64,000 nucleotides of DNA from a virus. The stretch spans positions 1 to 64,000 of the IMG/VR virus record IMGVR_UViG_3300011116_001125. One strand, given 5' to 3'. Both the position numbers and the translations under genes were made by a program. The notes under the pieces were generated by a model. It made no database searches. It had not been told where the DNA came from and saw only the letters and a list, made by a program, of their open reading frames with translations. Shown here one piece after another: positions 1-8,318 of this stretch; position 1 is the first letter of the stretch; every line of letters begins with the position of its first letter.

Positions 1-161
1 TTAGCACAGCGAATACGACTAATACGCTGAATCTCCGCATCCTCGGTTTTGAAGACATTCCTAGCAGCAATGATGCTACTGTGGCAGGTCGCAACGCTAT
101 CGTGATGCTTAACAACCACTTCTACCGCTACTGTGCCAACGGCACGGGCGCGGGTGTGTAA
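1..161 (+). CDS. 3' end of capsid decoration/minor capsid gene (full copy at 57535-58152)
   Basis: Encodes the same C-terminus (...NNHFYRYCANGTGAGV*) as the 205-aa ORF at 57535. Confidence 0.85.
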   Translation, partial: STANTTNTLNLRILGFEDIPSSNDATVAGRNAIVMLNNHFYRYCANGTGAGV

Positions 162-176
162 GGGGAGCATTGAACA

Positions 177-1085
177 ATGGCTATTACTCGTTCCCAACTA
201 CTCAAAGAACTTGAGCCCGGACTCAATGCTCTTTTCGGCATGGAGTATGATCGCTACGACAACGAGCACACTGAAATTTTCGATACCGAATCTTCAGACC
301 GTGCTTTTGAAGAAGAAGTCATGCTCTCCGGCTTTGGTCAGGCTCCGGTCAAGGGCGAAGGCGCTGCCATCGCTTATGACACGGCAGGTGAAGCCTTCAC
401 AGCACGCTATACCCATGAAACAATCGCACTTGCGTTTGCTATCACGGAAGAAGCTGTGGAAGATAACCTGTACGACAAGTTGTCGAGCCGTTACACCCGT
501 GCGCTCGCACGTTCGATGTCCAACACCAAGCAGGTCAAGGCAGCGTCTGTTCTTAACAACGCTTTCTCTTCCTCTTATGTTGGCGGCGACGGCGTTTCGC
601 TCATCAACGCAAACCATCCGACGGTAGGTGGTGGTAACTGGTCAAATACGCTTGCAACGCAGGCTGACCTTAACGAAACTTCGCTCGAACAGGCTTTGAT
701 TGATATTGCAGCCTTCATCGACGAACGTGGCCTTAAGGTTGCTTTGCGCGGCATGAAGTTGATCATTCCGCCTGCATTGCAGTTTACTGCAGAGCGTATT
801 CTCAAGTCGGAACAGCGTGTTTCAACGGCGGATAACGATATCAATGCACTCAAGTCTGGTGGTTATATGCCACAGGGCTTTACGGTCAATCACTTCTTGA
901 CCGATCCGGATGCGTGGTTCGTTAAAACCGATGCGCCTAACGGCATGAAACACTTTGTCCGTAGCCCGATTAAAACGGCTATGGAAGGCGAATTTGAAAC
1001 AGGTAACGTGCGCTACAAGGCGCGTGAGCGTTACTCGTTCGGTTGGTCTGACCCGCGTGCCATGTATGGTTCGCAGGGCGCGTAA
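177..1085 (+). CDS. Major capsid protein
   Basis: 302 aa, MAITRSQLLKELEPGLNALFG... type capsid sequence. Follows scaffold and decoration genes, has a GGGGAG SD, and is followed by a terminator. Confidence 0.9.
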   Translation: MAITRSQLLKELEPGLNALFGMEYDRYDNEHTEIFDTESSDRAFEEEVMLSGFGQAPVKGEGAAIAYDTAGEAFTARYTHETIALAFAITEEAVEDNLYDKLSSRYTRALARSMSNTKQVKAASVLNNAFSSSYVGGDGVSLINANHPTVGGGNWSNTLATQADLNETSLEQALIDIAAFIDERGLKVALRGMKLIIPPALQFTAERILKSEQRVSTADNDINALKSGGYMPQGFTVNHFLTDPDAWFVKTDAPNGMKHFVRSPIKTAMEGEFETGNVRYKARERYSFGWSDPRAMYGSQGA

Positions 1086-1111
1086 TTGCTGCCTTTGAAC
1101 AGCAGTAATGG

Positions 1112-1139
1112 AAGAGCGGGCCTTGTGTCCGCTCTTTTT
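1112..1139 (+). terminator. Intrinsic terminator after MCP
   Basis: AAGAGCGGGC-cttgt-GTCCGCTCTT followed by a T-run; identical in copy B (59104-59131). Confidence 0.8.
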
Positions 1140-1200
1140 CTATTGTAACGTATGTTGTTCCTGACTGCTAAGCAGACAACCCCAACGACAGGAGACCTAC

Positions 1201-1680
1201 ATGGGGACGACAACCTTTTCCGGACCGATTAAAGCGGGTCCGATTAAATTCACCACAGGTACCACACTTGGTCAAGACGTTGCTGACGTAGGTAACGTTG
1301 TGCTTTCGCAATCGAGCGCACTTACGCAAGCCACCAATGCAGGCTCGGCAGGCGTTTACAGCACTGGAATCGTTATTCCAGCGGGTTGCACCATTACTTC
1401 TATTCAGATTTTTGTAACGACAGCATGGTCTGGCGCAGCACAAACAATCAATGTGGGCACAAACTCCACGGCAACGCAACTTGCCGTTGCGGCAGACAAT
1501 GATCTTTCCACAACGCTCGGAATTAAAAACATTGTTCCTGGAAGCGATGCAACACGCACTGGCAAGTGGATCGATGTTGGTACAACAGATATTCGTATCT
1601 GGACAAAATCAACCAACACGGGTACGGGTGTGGGTGTGATTGTTGTCAACTACATCCAAAACGGCGCTATTAGCCCCTAA
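1201..1680 (+). CDS. Virion structural protein (beta-rich, head-associated)
   Basis: 159 aa, T/G/V-rich, AGGAG SD, immediately after MCP, conserved in copy B. Confidence 0.65.
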   Translation: MGTTTFSGPIKAGPIKFTTGTTLGQDVADVGNVVLSQSSALTQATNAGSAGVYSTGIVIPAGCTITSIQIFVTTAWSGAAQTINVGTNSTATQLAVAADNDLSTTLGIKNIVPGSDATRTGKWIDVGTTDIRIWTKSTNTGTGVGVIVVNYIQNGAISP

Positions 1681-1696
1681 TACCTAGGAGGCTGAC

Positions 1697-2095
1697 ATGG
1701 CCGATGCGGTAACCACACAAACTATCTTCCAAGGCGATAAAACCCTTGTTATGAAGTTTACCAACATTTCAGATGGCACCGGAGAGTCCGGTGTCATCAA
1801 GGTAAACGTTGCTTCACTTGCTTCATACCAAGGTATGCCGTGTACTGCTGTCCAAATTGACAAGGTCTATGCCATGACGTATGGTATGGAAGTTAGACTT
1901 TATTGGGCAGCAACTAGCCCACAACTTATTATGACTATTCCACAAAACGTCATGAACACGCATAACTATGACGAGTTTGGGGGTATTGATAATAACGCAG
2001 GGGCGGGTAAAACGGGTAACATCACTTTTACAACGGCAGACGCCAGTGCAGGTGATATGTACACTATTATCCTTGTAATGCGTAAGCTGTATTAA
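1697..2095 (+). CDS. Putative virion structural protein
   Basis: 132 aa, AGGAGG SD, conserved in copy B. Confidence 0.65.
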   Translation: MADAVTTQTIFQGDKTLVMKFTNISDGTGESGVIKVNVASLASYQGMPCTAVQIDKVYAMTYGMEVRLYWAATSPQLIMTIPQNVMNTHNYDEFGGIDNNAGAGKTGNITFTTADASAGDMYTIILVMRKLY

Positions 2096-2106
2096 AAGAG
2101 ACGATA

Positions 2107-2895
2107 ATGACTCGACCCCCTTCCTCAGTAACTAGGACTGGTGCGTATGAGCCCTTTAACTTGCAGGTGGCACGGGGTCAAATTCCGTGGCACCAAAGTA
2201 TCGTTGTTTTTGGTTACAACTCTGACGTAGACACAAGTGTGGAAACTGTTTGGCCTTACGGCGGTATTCTTCCTTTTCCCAACAATGCTTTGCAGATGTC
2301 TGTTAGCTCAGATAACACTAACGACACAGCAGCAGGGACAGGCGCTAGAACCGTTTATATTCAAGGGCTGAACGCTAATCACGATACGATCAGCGAAACA
2401 GTTTCTTTAAATGGTCAGACTGCCGTACTTACGGCAAACTCTTATCTACACATAAATCAAGCCTATGTTGCAACCGCTGGGTCATTAAACAGCGCCGCAG
2501 GTAATATTTACTTTGGAACAGGCGCTTTAACTTTAGGCGTTCCAGCAACCGTTTATGATATCATTCAATACGACTATAACACCAGAGTTACTGGAAGTTA
2601 TACTATTCCATCTGGCTACACCGGATACTTAGAACAGGGCTTGTTTTCTTCTGGACAGGCTGGCGGTTCTAACGCTGTAACCGGACGTCTTATGACACGC
2701 GGTACGGATAATATTCGTAGGACAGCAGCGATTGTTACGCTAAATAATGGTGCTGCTGACTATGCGTTTGAGTATCCAGTTGTTATACCAGAAAAAACAA
2801 CTATTGAAGCTCAGGCCGTTGGCTCCTCAACAAACAACGCCTGCTCTAGCATGTTTATTATTGTTCTCATTAAAAATGACGCGGGGACTGCGTGA
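2107..2895 (+). CDS. Putative virion structural protein (beta-rich)
   Basis: 262 aa, conserved in copy B with mostly synonymous changes. Confidence 0.65.
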   Translation: MTRPPSSVTRTGAYEPFNLQVARGQIPWHQSIVVFGYNSDVDTSVETVWPYGGILPFPNNALQMSVSSDNTNDTAAGTGARTVYIQGLNANHDTISETVSLNGQTAVLTANSYLHINQAYVATAGSLNSAAGNIYFGTGALTLGVPATVYDIIQYDYNTRVTGSYTIPSGYTGYLEQGLFSSGQAGGSNAVTGRLMTRGTDNIRRTAAIVTLNNGAADYAFEYPVVIPEKTTIEAQAVGSSTNNACSSMFIIVLIKNDAGTA

Positions 2896-3179
2896 TGGCT
2901 AAGGGCATGGGCATAAAAACTTCGGTAAAATCAGGCAACTTTCGCCCCACAAAGGCAGGGGCGGGAATGACTGAAAAAGGCGTAAAAGCCTTCCGACGTG
3001 CCAATCCTGGATCAAAGTTAAGCACCGCAGTCACAGAAAAAAGTCCAACAGGAAAGCGCGCAGCACGTAAAAAATCGTTCTGTGCGCGTTCTGCTGGACA
3101 AATGAAAATGTTTCCTGAAGCTGCTAAAGACCCCAACAGCCGCCTTCGGCAAGCGCGTAAGCGTTGGAGGTGCAAATGA
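2892..3179 (+). CDS. Small basic phage protein (DUF6321-like)
   Basis: KSFCARSAGQMK...KDPNSRLRQARKRWRC motif. Confidence 0.6.
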   Translation: MMAKGMGIKTSVKSGNFRPTKAGAGMTEKGVKAFRRANPGSKLSTAVTEKSPTGKRAARKKSFCARSAGQMKMFPEAAKDPNSRLRQARKRWRCK

Positions 3180-3454
3180 TTATAGATCTGCAAATGCTTT
3201 GGAATGGCCTTTTAACTCTTGTGTTGCTCCCGCTTGCTTGGATACTCGTGTATTTAAACACACGCATTACTGAAGCGGAAGAAAAATCGGCAACAACGTT
3301 TGACCGTATTTGGAAATCAATAGCAGAACACCGCGAAGATATTCCAAAAACCTACGTTACTAAAACCGACCTGTTGAATACTCATAACCAAATCATGAGT
3401 CGCTTTGATCGGTTAGAAGAAAAAATCGACCGCATTACGGGGATAGGCAAATGA
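3164..3454 (+). CDS. Small membrane-anchored coiled-coil protein
   Basis: Hydrophobic N-terminus (LWNGLLTLVLLPLAWILVYL) and RFDRLEEKIDR tail; the start may be the ATG at 3176. Confidence 0.6.
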   Translation: MEVQMIIDLQMLWNGLLTLVLLPLAWILVYLNTRITEAEEKSATTFDRIWKSIAEHREDIPKTYVTKTDLLNTHNQIMSRFDRLEEKIDRITGIGK

Positions 3455-3621
3455 AAGTACGTGCTAAAAATTCATTGCCTGTTCCGCGTGGTTCAAAAAT
3501 ACGCACGCCTTCTTTCGGGCTTAAAAAGGGTGGTGCTTTGGGTAAAACTAAAAAGCCCAAAGTTGGTATCGCGATTATGATCGCTGTTGGTAAGCCTAGA
3601 AAAGGAATGCGCAATGGTTAA
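3451..3621 (+). CDS. 56-aa Lys/Gly-rich protein (below the ORF-track cutoff)
   Basis: Hand-translated MKVRAKNSLPVPRGSK...GLKKGGALGK...RKGMRNG*; ATGA overlap with the upstream gene; conserved in copy B. Confidence 0.7.
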   Translation: MKVRAKNSLPVPRGSKIRTPSFGLKKGGALGKTKKPKVGIAIMIAVGKPRKGMRNG

Positions 3622-4048
3622 GAAAATTTCTGAGTATGGCGGCATGGAAAAGTACTCTTCCAAAAAAGCTATGGGTAAACACGAAGGTAAAGAATCTTCA
3701 CGTGCAGAAGCAGGAGAAAAGTCAATGGCTATGAAGAAACGCGGCGGGGGCATGGCTACCCGTGGTATGGGTGCTGCTCTTAAAAAGGGGGGCAAGGTCA
3801 TGAAAAAAGCTATGGGGGGTGGTGTTAATACCCGTAATCCACCTGCACTTGGTAAACTTCCTATAAGACCCGTTCCTCGGGAACTTTATACTGGTGGTTC
3901 TAAAAATTTTGATGAATCCACAGGTACTTATCGTGGTCGTCCCGGTGGTGGCATGAATTACATTGGTGGTTCTAAAAAATTTGATGAAAGTGTAGGCCCT
4001 CGCAGAATGAAAAAAGGCGGCATGGCTAAAGGTCGTAAGGGCTGCTAA
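3614..4048 (+). CDS. Basic Gly/Lys/Met-rich protein with multiple xxxGG motifs
   Basis: ATG 3614 after AAAGGA; KKRGGG, LKKGG and MKKGG motifs. Confidence 0.7.
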   Translation: MVKKISEYGGMEKYSSKKAMGKHEGKESSRAEAGEKSMAMKKRGGGMATRGMGAALKKGGKVMKKAMGGGVNTRNPPALGKLPIRPVPRELYTGGSKNFDESTGTYRGRPGGGMNYIGGSKKFDESVGPRRMKKGGMAKGRKGC

Positions 4049-4050
4049 CG

Positions 4051-4209
4051 ATGAAAAAAGAGGTTTGGGCCAAGCCACGTCCTAAAGGGTTGGGTAAGCC
4101 CAAGCCTCTTACTTCTAAGCAGAAAAGTTCTGCTAAAAAAGCGGCTAAGGCTGCGGGTCGGCCTTATCCTAATCTTGTAGACAATATGCGTGCTGCGAGG
4201 AAAAAATGA
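4051..4209 (+). CDS. 52-aa basic protein
   Basis: Hand-translated MKKEVWAKPRPKGLGKPK...AGRPYPNLVDNMRAARKK*; conserved in copy B. Confidence 0.7.
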   Translation: MKKEVWAKPRPKGLGKPKPLTSKQKSSAKKAAKAAGRPYPNLVDNMRAARKK

Positions 4210-4385
4210 AAAAGCCTACTAAAGCGCAAGCTAAAATTCGTACGGTGCTGCATGAGTTTAAGGTAGGTAAACTTCACTCGGGCAGCAAAAAAGGTCCAAC
4301 AGTTAAAAGTCGCCAACAGGCGATCGCTATTGCTCTTTCGCAAGCAGGTAAGTCGATGAGCAAAGCAAAGCGCAGGAGTAAGTAA
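4206..4385 (+). CDS. 59-aa basic protein, DUF6496-like
   Basis: HEFKVGKLHSGSKKGPTVKSRQQAIAIALSQA motif; conserved in copy B. Confidence 0.65.
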   Translation: MKKPTKAQAKIRTVLHEFKVGKLHSGSKKGPTVKSRQQAIAIALSQAGKSMSKAKRRSK

Positions 4386-4386
4386 G

Positions 4387-5001
4387 ATGCCAAATACAAT
4401 GATGGGTTATGGTGGAGTTCAACCCCAACGCGCAGCCACTCCCGCTATGCCTATTCGGCAAGATTATGCAGGCCCCCTGCCTCAAGGTGGTGGCGGTCTT
4501 GGTAGAGGTGTTCCTCTTCCGCCAAAATTAGGTGGAGGCATGAATTACATCGGTGGCTCTCCCAATTTTGATGAAAGCCTTGGCGCATATCGTAACCCAC
4601 TAAAACCAATGCCTGATGGCGGGTTTATGATTCCCGGTCCGAATGATTTTAGCATGGGTCCAGGAGGTGCGATGACTAGGTATACTCCACCCGCACCCCC
4701 CACGCTTGGAATTACCCCTATCCGTGGTCCTTATGATGTACCTCCAACGTTTGGGGTTACTCCTACTCAAACGCCTGACCAAATGCAGGCTTTGCGTAAT
4801 GCTCATCTTGCGCAACAACAAGCGCAGTTGTTGATGGCGCAGCAACAAGCGCAACTATCTGCTCCTTTGGCCTATCGTCAAGCTGTGGCGCAACAACAGT
4901 ACATCCCGCCTAATGCAGGCATCGCTGCCTTGCCTATGAACCCTGCAATGATGCAACGTTTAGGTACTATCGCAAGCCTTGCAGGCGGAGTACGCAGATG
5001 A
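4387..5001 (+). CDS. Pro/Gln/Gly-rich low-complexity protein (hypervariable)
   Basis: 204 aa; only the termini are conserved in the copy B allele (62380-63246). Confidence 0.7.
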   Translation: MPNTMMGYGGVQPQRAATPAMPIRQDYAGPLPQGGGGLGRGVPLPPKLGGGMNYIGGSPNFDESLGAYRNPLKPMPDGGFMIPGPNDFSMGPGGAMTRYTPPAPPTLGITPIRGPYDVPPTFGVTPTQTPDQMQALRNAHLAQQQAQLLMAQQQAQLSAPLAYRQAVAQQQYIPPNAGIAALPMNPAMMQRLGTIASLAGGVRR

Positions 5002-5354
5002 AAAAACCTGTAAAGCGCCGCAAGTATGCTGACGGTGGGGATGTGCAAAATCCTGCCGCACCCCCTATCGGCACAACAGATCTTTCTGGTGCAGGGGCAC
5101 AAGCGCAAAACCAAGCGCAGCCGCCTTCTAGTCCGGGTCCGGGACAAACCTCTCCGTATTATTCGCCTTCAGACTATGGTACACCTGTCGGCGCGATGAA
5201 TACGCAGGGCAGTAGTTTGTACGTTCAAGACCGTATGTCAGGCCAAGGTGCAACGGCGCAGGGCTACGCAAAAGGCGGCATGGTCAACAAACGTGGTAAA
5301 GTTCGTGGTTGCGGGGTGGCTAAACGTGGGCTCACAAAAGGCAAGGTGTACTGA
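4998..5354 (+). CDS. Small virion-type protein with YADGG/YAKGG and RGCG tail
   Basis: 118 aa, conserved in copy B. Confidence 0.7.
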   Translation: MKKPVKRRKYADGGDVQNPAAPPIGTTDLSGAGAQAQNQAQPPSSPGPGQTSPYYSPSDYGTPVGAMNTQGSSLYVQDRMSGQGATAQGYAKGGMVNKRGKVRGCGVAKRGLTKGKVY

Positions 5355-5356
5355 TC

Positions 5357-5632
5357 ATGATAAAGCGTAAGAAAAAGTATGACCTACCTGTGCCACAATA
5401 CGATACTCCTTCCGGAGAAGAACAATATAAGAAAATACTAGAAGAAAATGCAAAGGCTTTGGATAAAACCAAAAGCACAGGTGATGTTACTTCTGAAGAG
5501 GAAGAAACGTTGCGTGAGACCATGCGTAAACAGGTTGAGGAAAGCAAGTACAAGCGCGGCGGCATGGTAAAGAGCAAAGCGCGTGGTTGCGGCGTAGCTG
5601 TTCGTGGCTTGACCAAAGGCAGGATGTATTGA
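5357..5632 (+). CDS. Small protein with YKRGG...RGCG tail (paralogous tail to 4998-5354)
   Basis: C-terminus GGMVKSKARGCGVAVRGLTKGRMY. Confidence 0.7.
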   Translation: MIKRKKKYDLPVPQYDTPSGEEQYKKILEENAKALDKTKSTGDVTSEEEETLRETMRKQVEESKYKRGGMVKSKARGCGVAVRGLTKGRMY

Positions 5633-5633
5633 T

Positions 5634-5906
5634 ATGGCAAAAGGTTCTGCTTCACCTACAGGGTTAATGAATATTGGTATGTGGGAAGATTCTCCTGCTG
5701 ATATTCGTGGGGATACCGCTATCAAAAAGCGTATGGGCAAGCAGGGCGTGTCAAAAGAAGCCTATGAAAGTTCTGCTGAAGACATCAAGCATGACATTCA
5801 AAAGTCTTCAAAAGGTATCGGTATGAAACGCGGTGGCGCGGTATACATGCCTTCTGAAAGCAAGGGTAAAAGCCGTAAACATACGCGGGGTTGCAAAATC
5901 TGCTGA
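5634..5906 (+). CDS. Small basic protein with MKRGG motif
   Basis: 90 aa; 5' part conserved at 63882-64000. Confidence 0.65.
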   Translation: MAKGSASPTGLMNIGMWEDSPADIRGDTAIKKRMGKQGVSKEAYESSAEDIKHDIQKSSKGIGMKRGGAVYMPSESKGKSRKHTRGCKIC

Positions 5907-6592
5907 TGGCTTATTCAGGCACAAAAACATTTGAACTCGACGTAGCCGAATATATCGAAGAGGCTTACGAGCGGTGCGGTATTGAAGTTCGTACAGGTTA
6001 CGATCAACGTACTGCACGCCGGAGTTTAAATCTTTTGTTGGCAGAATGGGCCAACCGTGGGCTCAACCAGTGGACGATTAAGCAACAAAGCATTACGATG
6101 ACGGTAGGTGTCAATGAGTACCCATTGGAAGCCTACGACATTGACGTTTTGGATGCTGTTTGCCGTTTTGCTCAAGGTGTTGATACTCAAAATCAACAAG
6201 ATCTAACAGTTGACCGTATCAGCCGTGAAGTTTATTTGGATATTCCTGCCAAGTTGCGGCGTGCGCGTCCTGTGCAGTATTTTGTAGATAGGCAAATAAC
6301 GCCCATCATCAAAGTATGGCCTACGCCAGATCAAACGTATTATTTGGTTATCAATAAACTTGTTCGGCTTGATGATGTGAATAGCTCTACTAATACGCTG
6401 CAACTGCCGTTTAGATTTTATCCTTGTTTGGCGGCAGGCTTGGCCTATTATATTTCTTTGAAAAAAGCACCTGAGCGCACACAAATGCTTAAGGCTATTT
6501 ACGAAGAAGAGTTTGATAAAGCCGCCGCTGAAGACCGTGATCGCGCTTCCTTGATGCTTACCCCCATGAGAAATTATTATGGTGTGGTGTAA
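5906..6592 (+). CDS. Head-tail adaptor / tail tubular protein A-like
   Basis: ARRSLNLLLAEWANRGLNQW motif typical of podovirus adaptors; TGATG coupling at 5906. Confidence 0.65.
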   Translation: MAYSGTKTFELDVAEYIEEAYERCGIEVRTGYDQRTARRSLNLLLAEWANRGLNQWTIKQQSITMTVGVNEYPLEAYDIDVLDAVCRFAQGVDTQNQQDLTVDRISREVYLDIPAKLRRARPVQYFVDRQITPIIKVWPTPDQTYYLVINKLVRLDDVNSSTNTLQLPFRFYPCLAAGLAYYISLKKAPERTQMLKAIYEEEFDKAAAEDRDRASLMLTPMRNYYGVV

Positions 6593-6594
6593 GT

Positions 6595-6900
6595 ATGACG
6601 AAATTTGCAAATGGTACTCAGTCCAAAGCTATCTGCGATAGGTGCGGGTTTAAGTACTATTACCTCCAATTAAAAAAGGAGTGGACAGGGTTTAGAACCT
6701 GTATGGAGTGCTGGGAACCTAAGCACCCACAGCTAGACCCTATCTATCCCCCTACTGAGCCGCAGGCTTTGTATCAACCGCGACCTGATGTTATTATCAA
6801 TTACGATGCACCTGTGGCGGATGAAGTGTTTCCATTTTTGCCAATTAGTCTGTTACAGGGCATTACTCAAATTGGTATAGTGACTGTGGAGATTACATAA
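6595..6900 (+). CDS. Conserved phage protein with two CxxC motifs
   Basis: CDRC...CMEC, KHPQLDP. Confidence 0.6.
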   Translation: MTKFANGTQSKAICDRCGFKYYYLQLKKEWTGFRTCMECWEPKHPQLDPIYPPTEPQALYQPRPDVIINYDAPVADEVFPFLPISLLQGITQIGIVTVEIT

Positions 6901-7538
6901 TGGGTTGGACCTATACCACTCTCACAACAGCAATCAAGGACTTTGTTCAGTCGTCTGAAACAACGTTCAATAACAATTTGAACGTTTTTATTCAAAACGC
7001 GGAAGAACGCATCTTTTTCTCGGTTAGTTTGGAATATTTTCGTAAGAACCAAACAGGTAACCTAACTTCGGGTAATCAATATCTAGCAAAGCCTTCTGAT
7101 TTTATGTCGGCCTATGCCTTATCGGTTACTGTTAGTGGTGAAAAAGTGTTCCTTTTGAATAAGGATGTTGAGTATCTACAAACTTATGATCCCACTGGTG
7201 CAACGGGTTCACCTAAGTATTACGGGTATTTTGACATTAACAACTTCATTATTGCCCCTGTTCCGGACAGTAACTATGCTGTTGAAATCCATTATTACTA
7301 CCGTCCAGAAAGCCTTGTGACACAAACAAGTGGTACATGGATTAGTAACAATGCGCAGCAAGCTCTGCTTTACGGCAGCTTGGTAGAGGCATATACCTTT
7401 CTTAAGGGCGAGCCTGATTTGTTAAACCTATACAATCAACGGTTTGTAGAATCGCTCACTCGCTTGAAAAACTTCGGTGAGGGTCTTGAAAACGTTGACG
7501 CTTACCGTGATGGTCTTGTTAGAGTTAAGGCTAACTAA
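6900..7538 (+). CDS. Second adaptor / head-closure-like virion protein
   Basis: FIQNAEERI...PKYY...LLYGSLVEAYTFLKG pattern; tail-module position. Confidence 0.6.
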   Translation: MGWTYTTLTTAIKDFVQSSETTFNNNLNVFIQNAEERIFFSVSLEYFRKNQTGNLTSGNQYLAKPSDFMSAYALSVTVSGEKVFLLNKDVEYLQTYDPTGATGSPKYYGYFDINNFIIAPVPDSNYAVEIHYYYRPESLVTQTSGTWISNNAQQALLYGSLVEAYTFLKGEPDLLNLYNQRFVESLTRLKNFGEGLENVDAYRDGLVRVKAN

Positions 7539-7828
7539 TGTTTACACAAGCACTCAATACGGGCACTTTTAAAGTAGATGTAATGACTTCTAGTAATGGA
7601 GGTCACCCGCCTGAGTTTTGGGCAAAACGTGCGGCAGACCATATTGTAAAAGTTGCCGAAACTGCCCATCCCGCTATTCGCGATCAGGCTTTGGCCTTTC
7701 GAGATCAGGTAGAACACGTTATACTTCATCACATGAAACAAGCTATTTCGTGTGATCGGACCACGGTGGGCTCATACGTAGAAGAGGCAGGCCATCCTAA
7801 ACTGGCTGAACTTATAAGGAGGCCGTAA
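7538..7828 (+). CDS. Conserved hypothetical phage protein
   Basis: 96 aa, translationally coupled on both sides. Confidence 0.6.
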   Translation: MFTQALNTGTFKVDVMTSSNGGHPPEFWAKRAADHIVKVAETAHPAIRDQALAFRDQVEHVILHHMKQAISCDRTTVGSYVEEAGHPKLAELIRRP

Positions 7829-8286
7829 TGGCGTTTACTGGTAACTATATGACAACGTCGTTCAAGCTCGACCTCTTGAACGGTAAGCAGGCCCTTGGTA
7901 CAACGGTTATTCGTGCTACAACAACAGCCGATACATATAAGATCGCGTTGTATACATCTTCTGCAACTCTTGGCGCAGCAACTACTGCGTACAGCGCGAC
8001 TAACGAAATTACTAATACCTCAGGCACAGCATATATAGCGGGTGGTCAAACGCTCACGGGCGCTACAACTACATCTTCAGGCACAACAGCCTATGCTGAT
8101 TTTGCAGATGCTTCATGGTCCTCTGCTTCATTTACTGCCCGTGGTGCGTTGATCTATAACTCAACGCAGTCAAATAGCTCAGTGGTAGTGCTTGATTTCG
8201 GTTCCGATAAAACGGCTTCCGCAGGTACTTTTACGGTTGTGTTCCCTACCAATGATGCTTCAAATGCTATCATAAGGATTGCTTAA
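7828..8286 (+). CDS. Tail-associated structural protein
   Basis: YKIALYTSSATLGAATTAYS...ARGALIYN...VLDFGSDK. Confidence 0.65.
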   Translation: MAFTGNYMTTSFKLDLLNGKQALGTTVIRATTTADTYKIALYTSSATLGAATTAYSATNEITNTSGTAYIAGGQTLTGATTTSSGTTAYADFADASWSSASFTARGALIYNSTQSNSSVVVLDFGSDKTASAGTFTVVFPTNDASNAIIRIA

Positions 8287-8318
8287 TCCTTACTATTTTA
8301 ATGCGAAAGGTAGCATAA

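Larger units (their letters stand above)
1..5752 (+). repeat. Copy A of a long diverged direct repeat (matches 57992-64000)
   Basis: Same genes in the same order at initial offset 57,991 (MCP 177 vs 58168). Bases 1-127 are identical, then there are many substitutions and indels. Confidence 0.97.
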
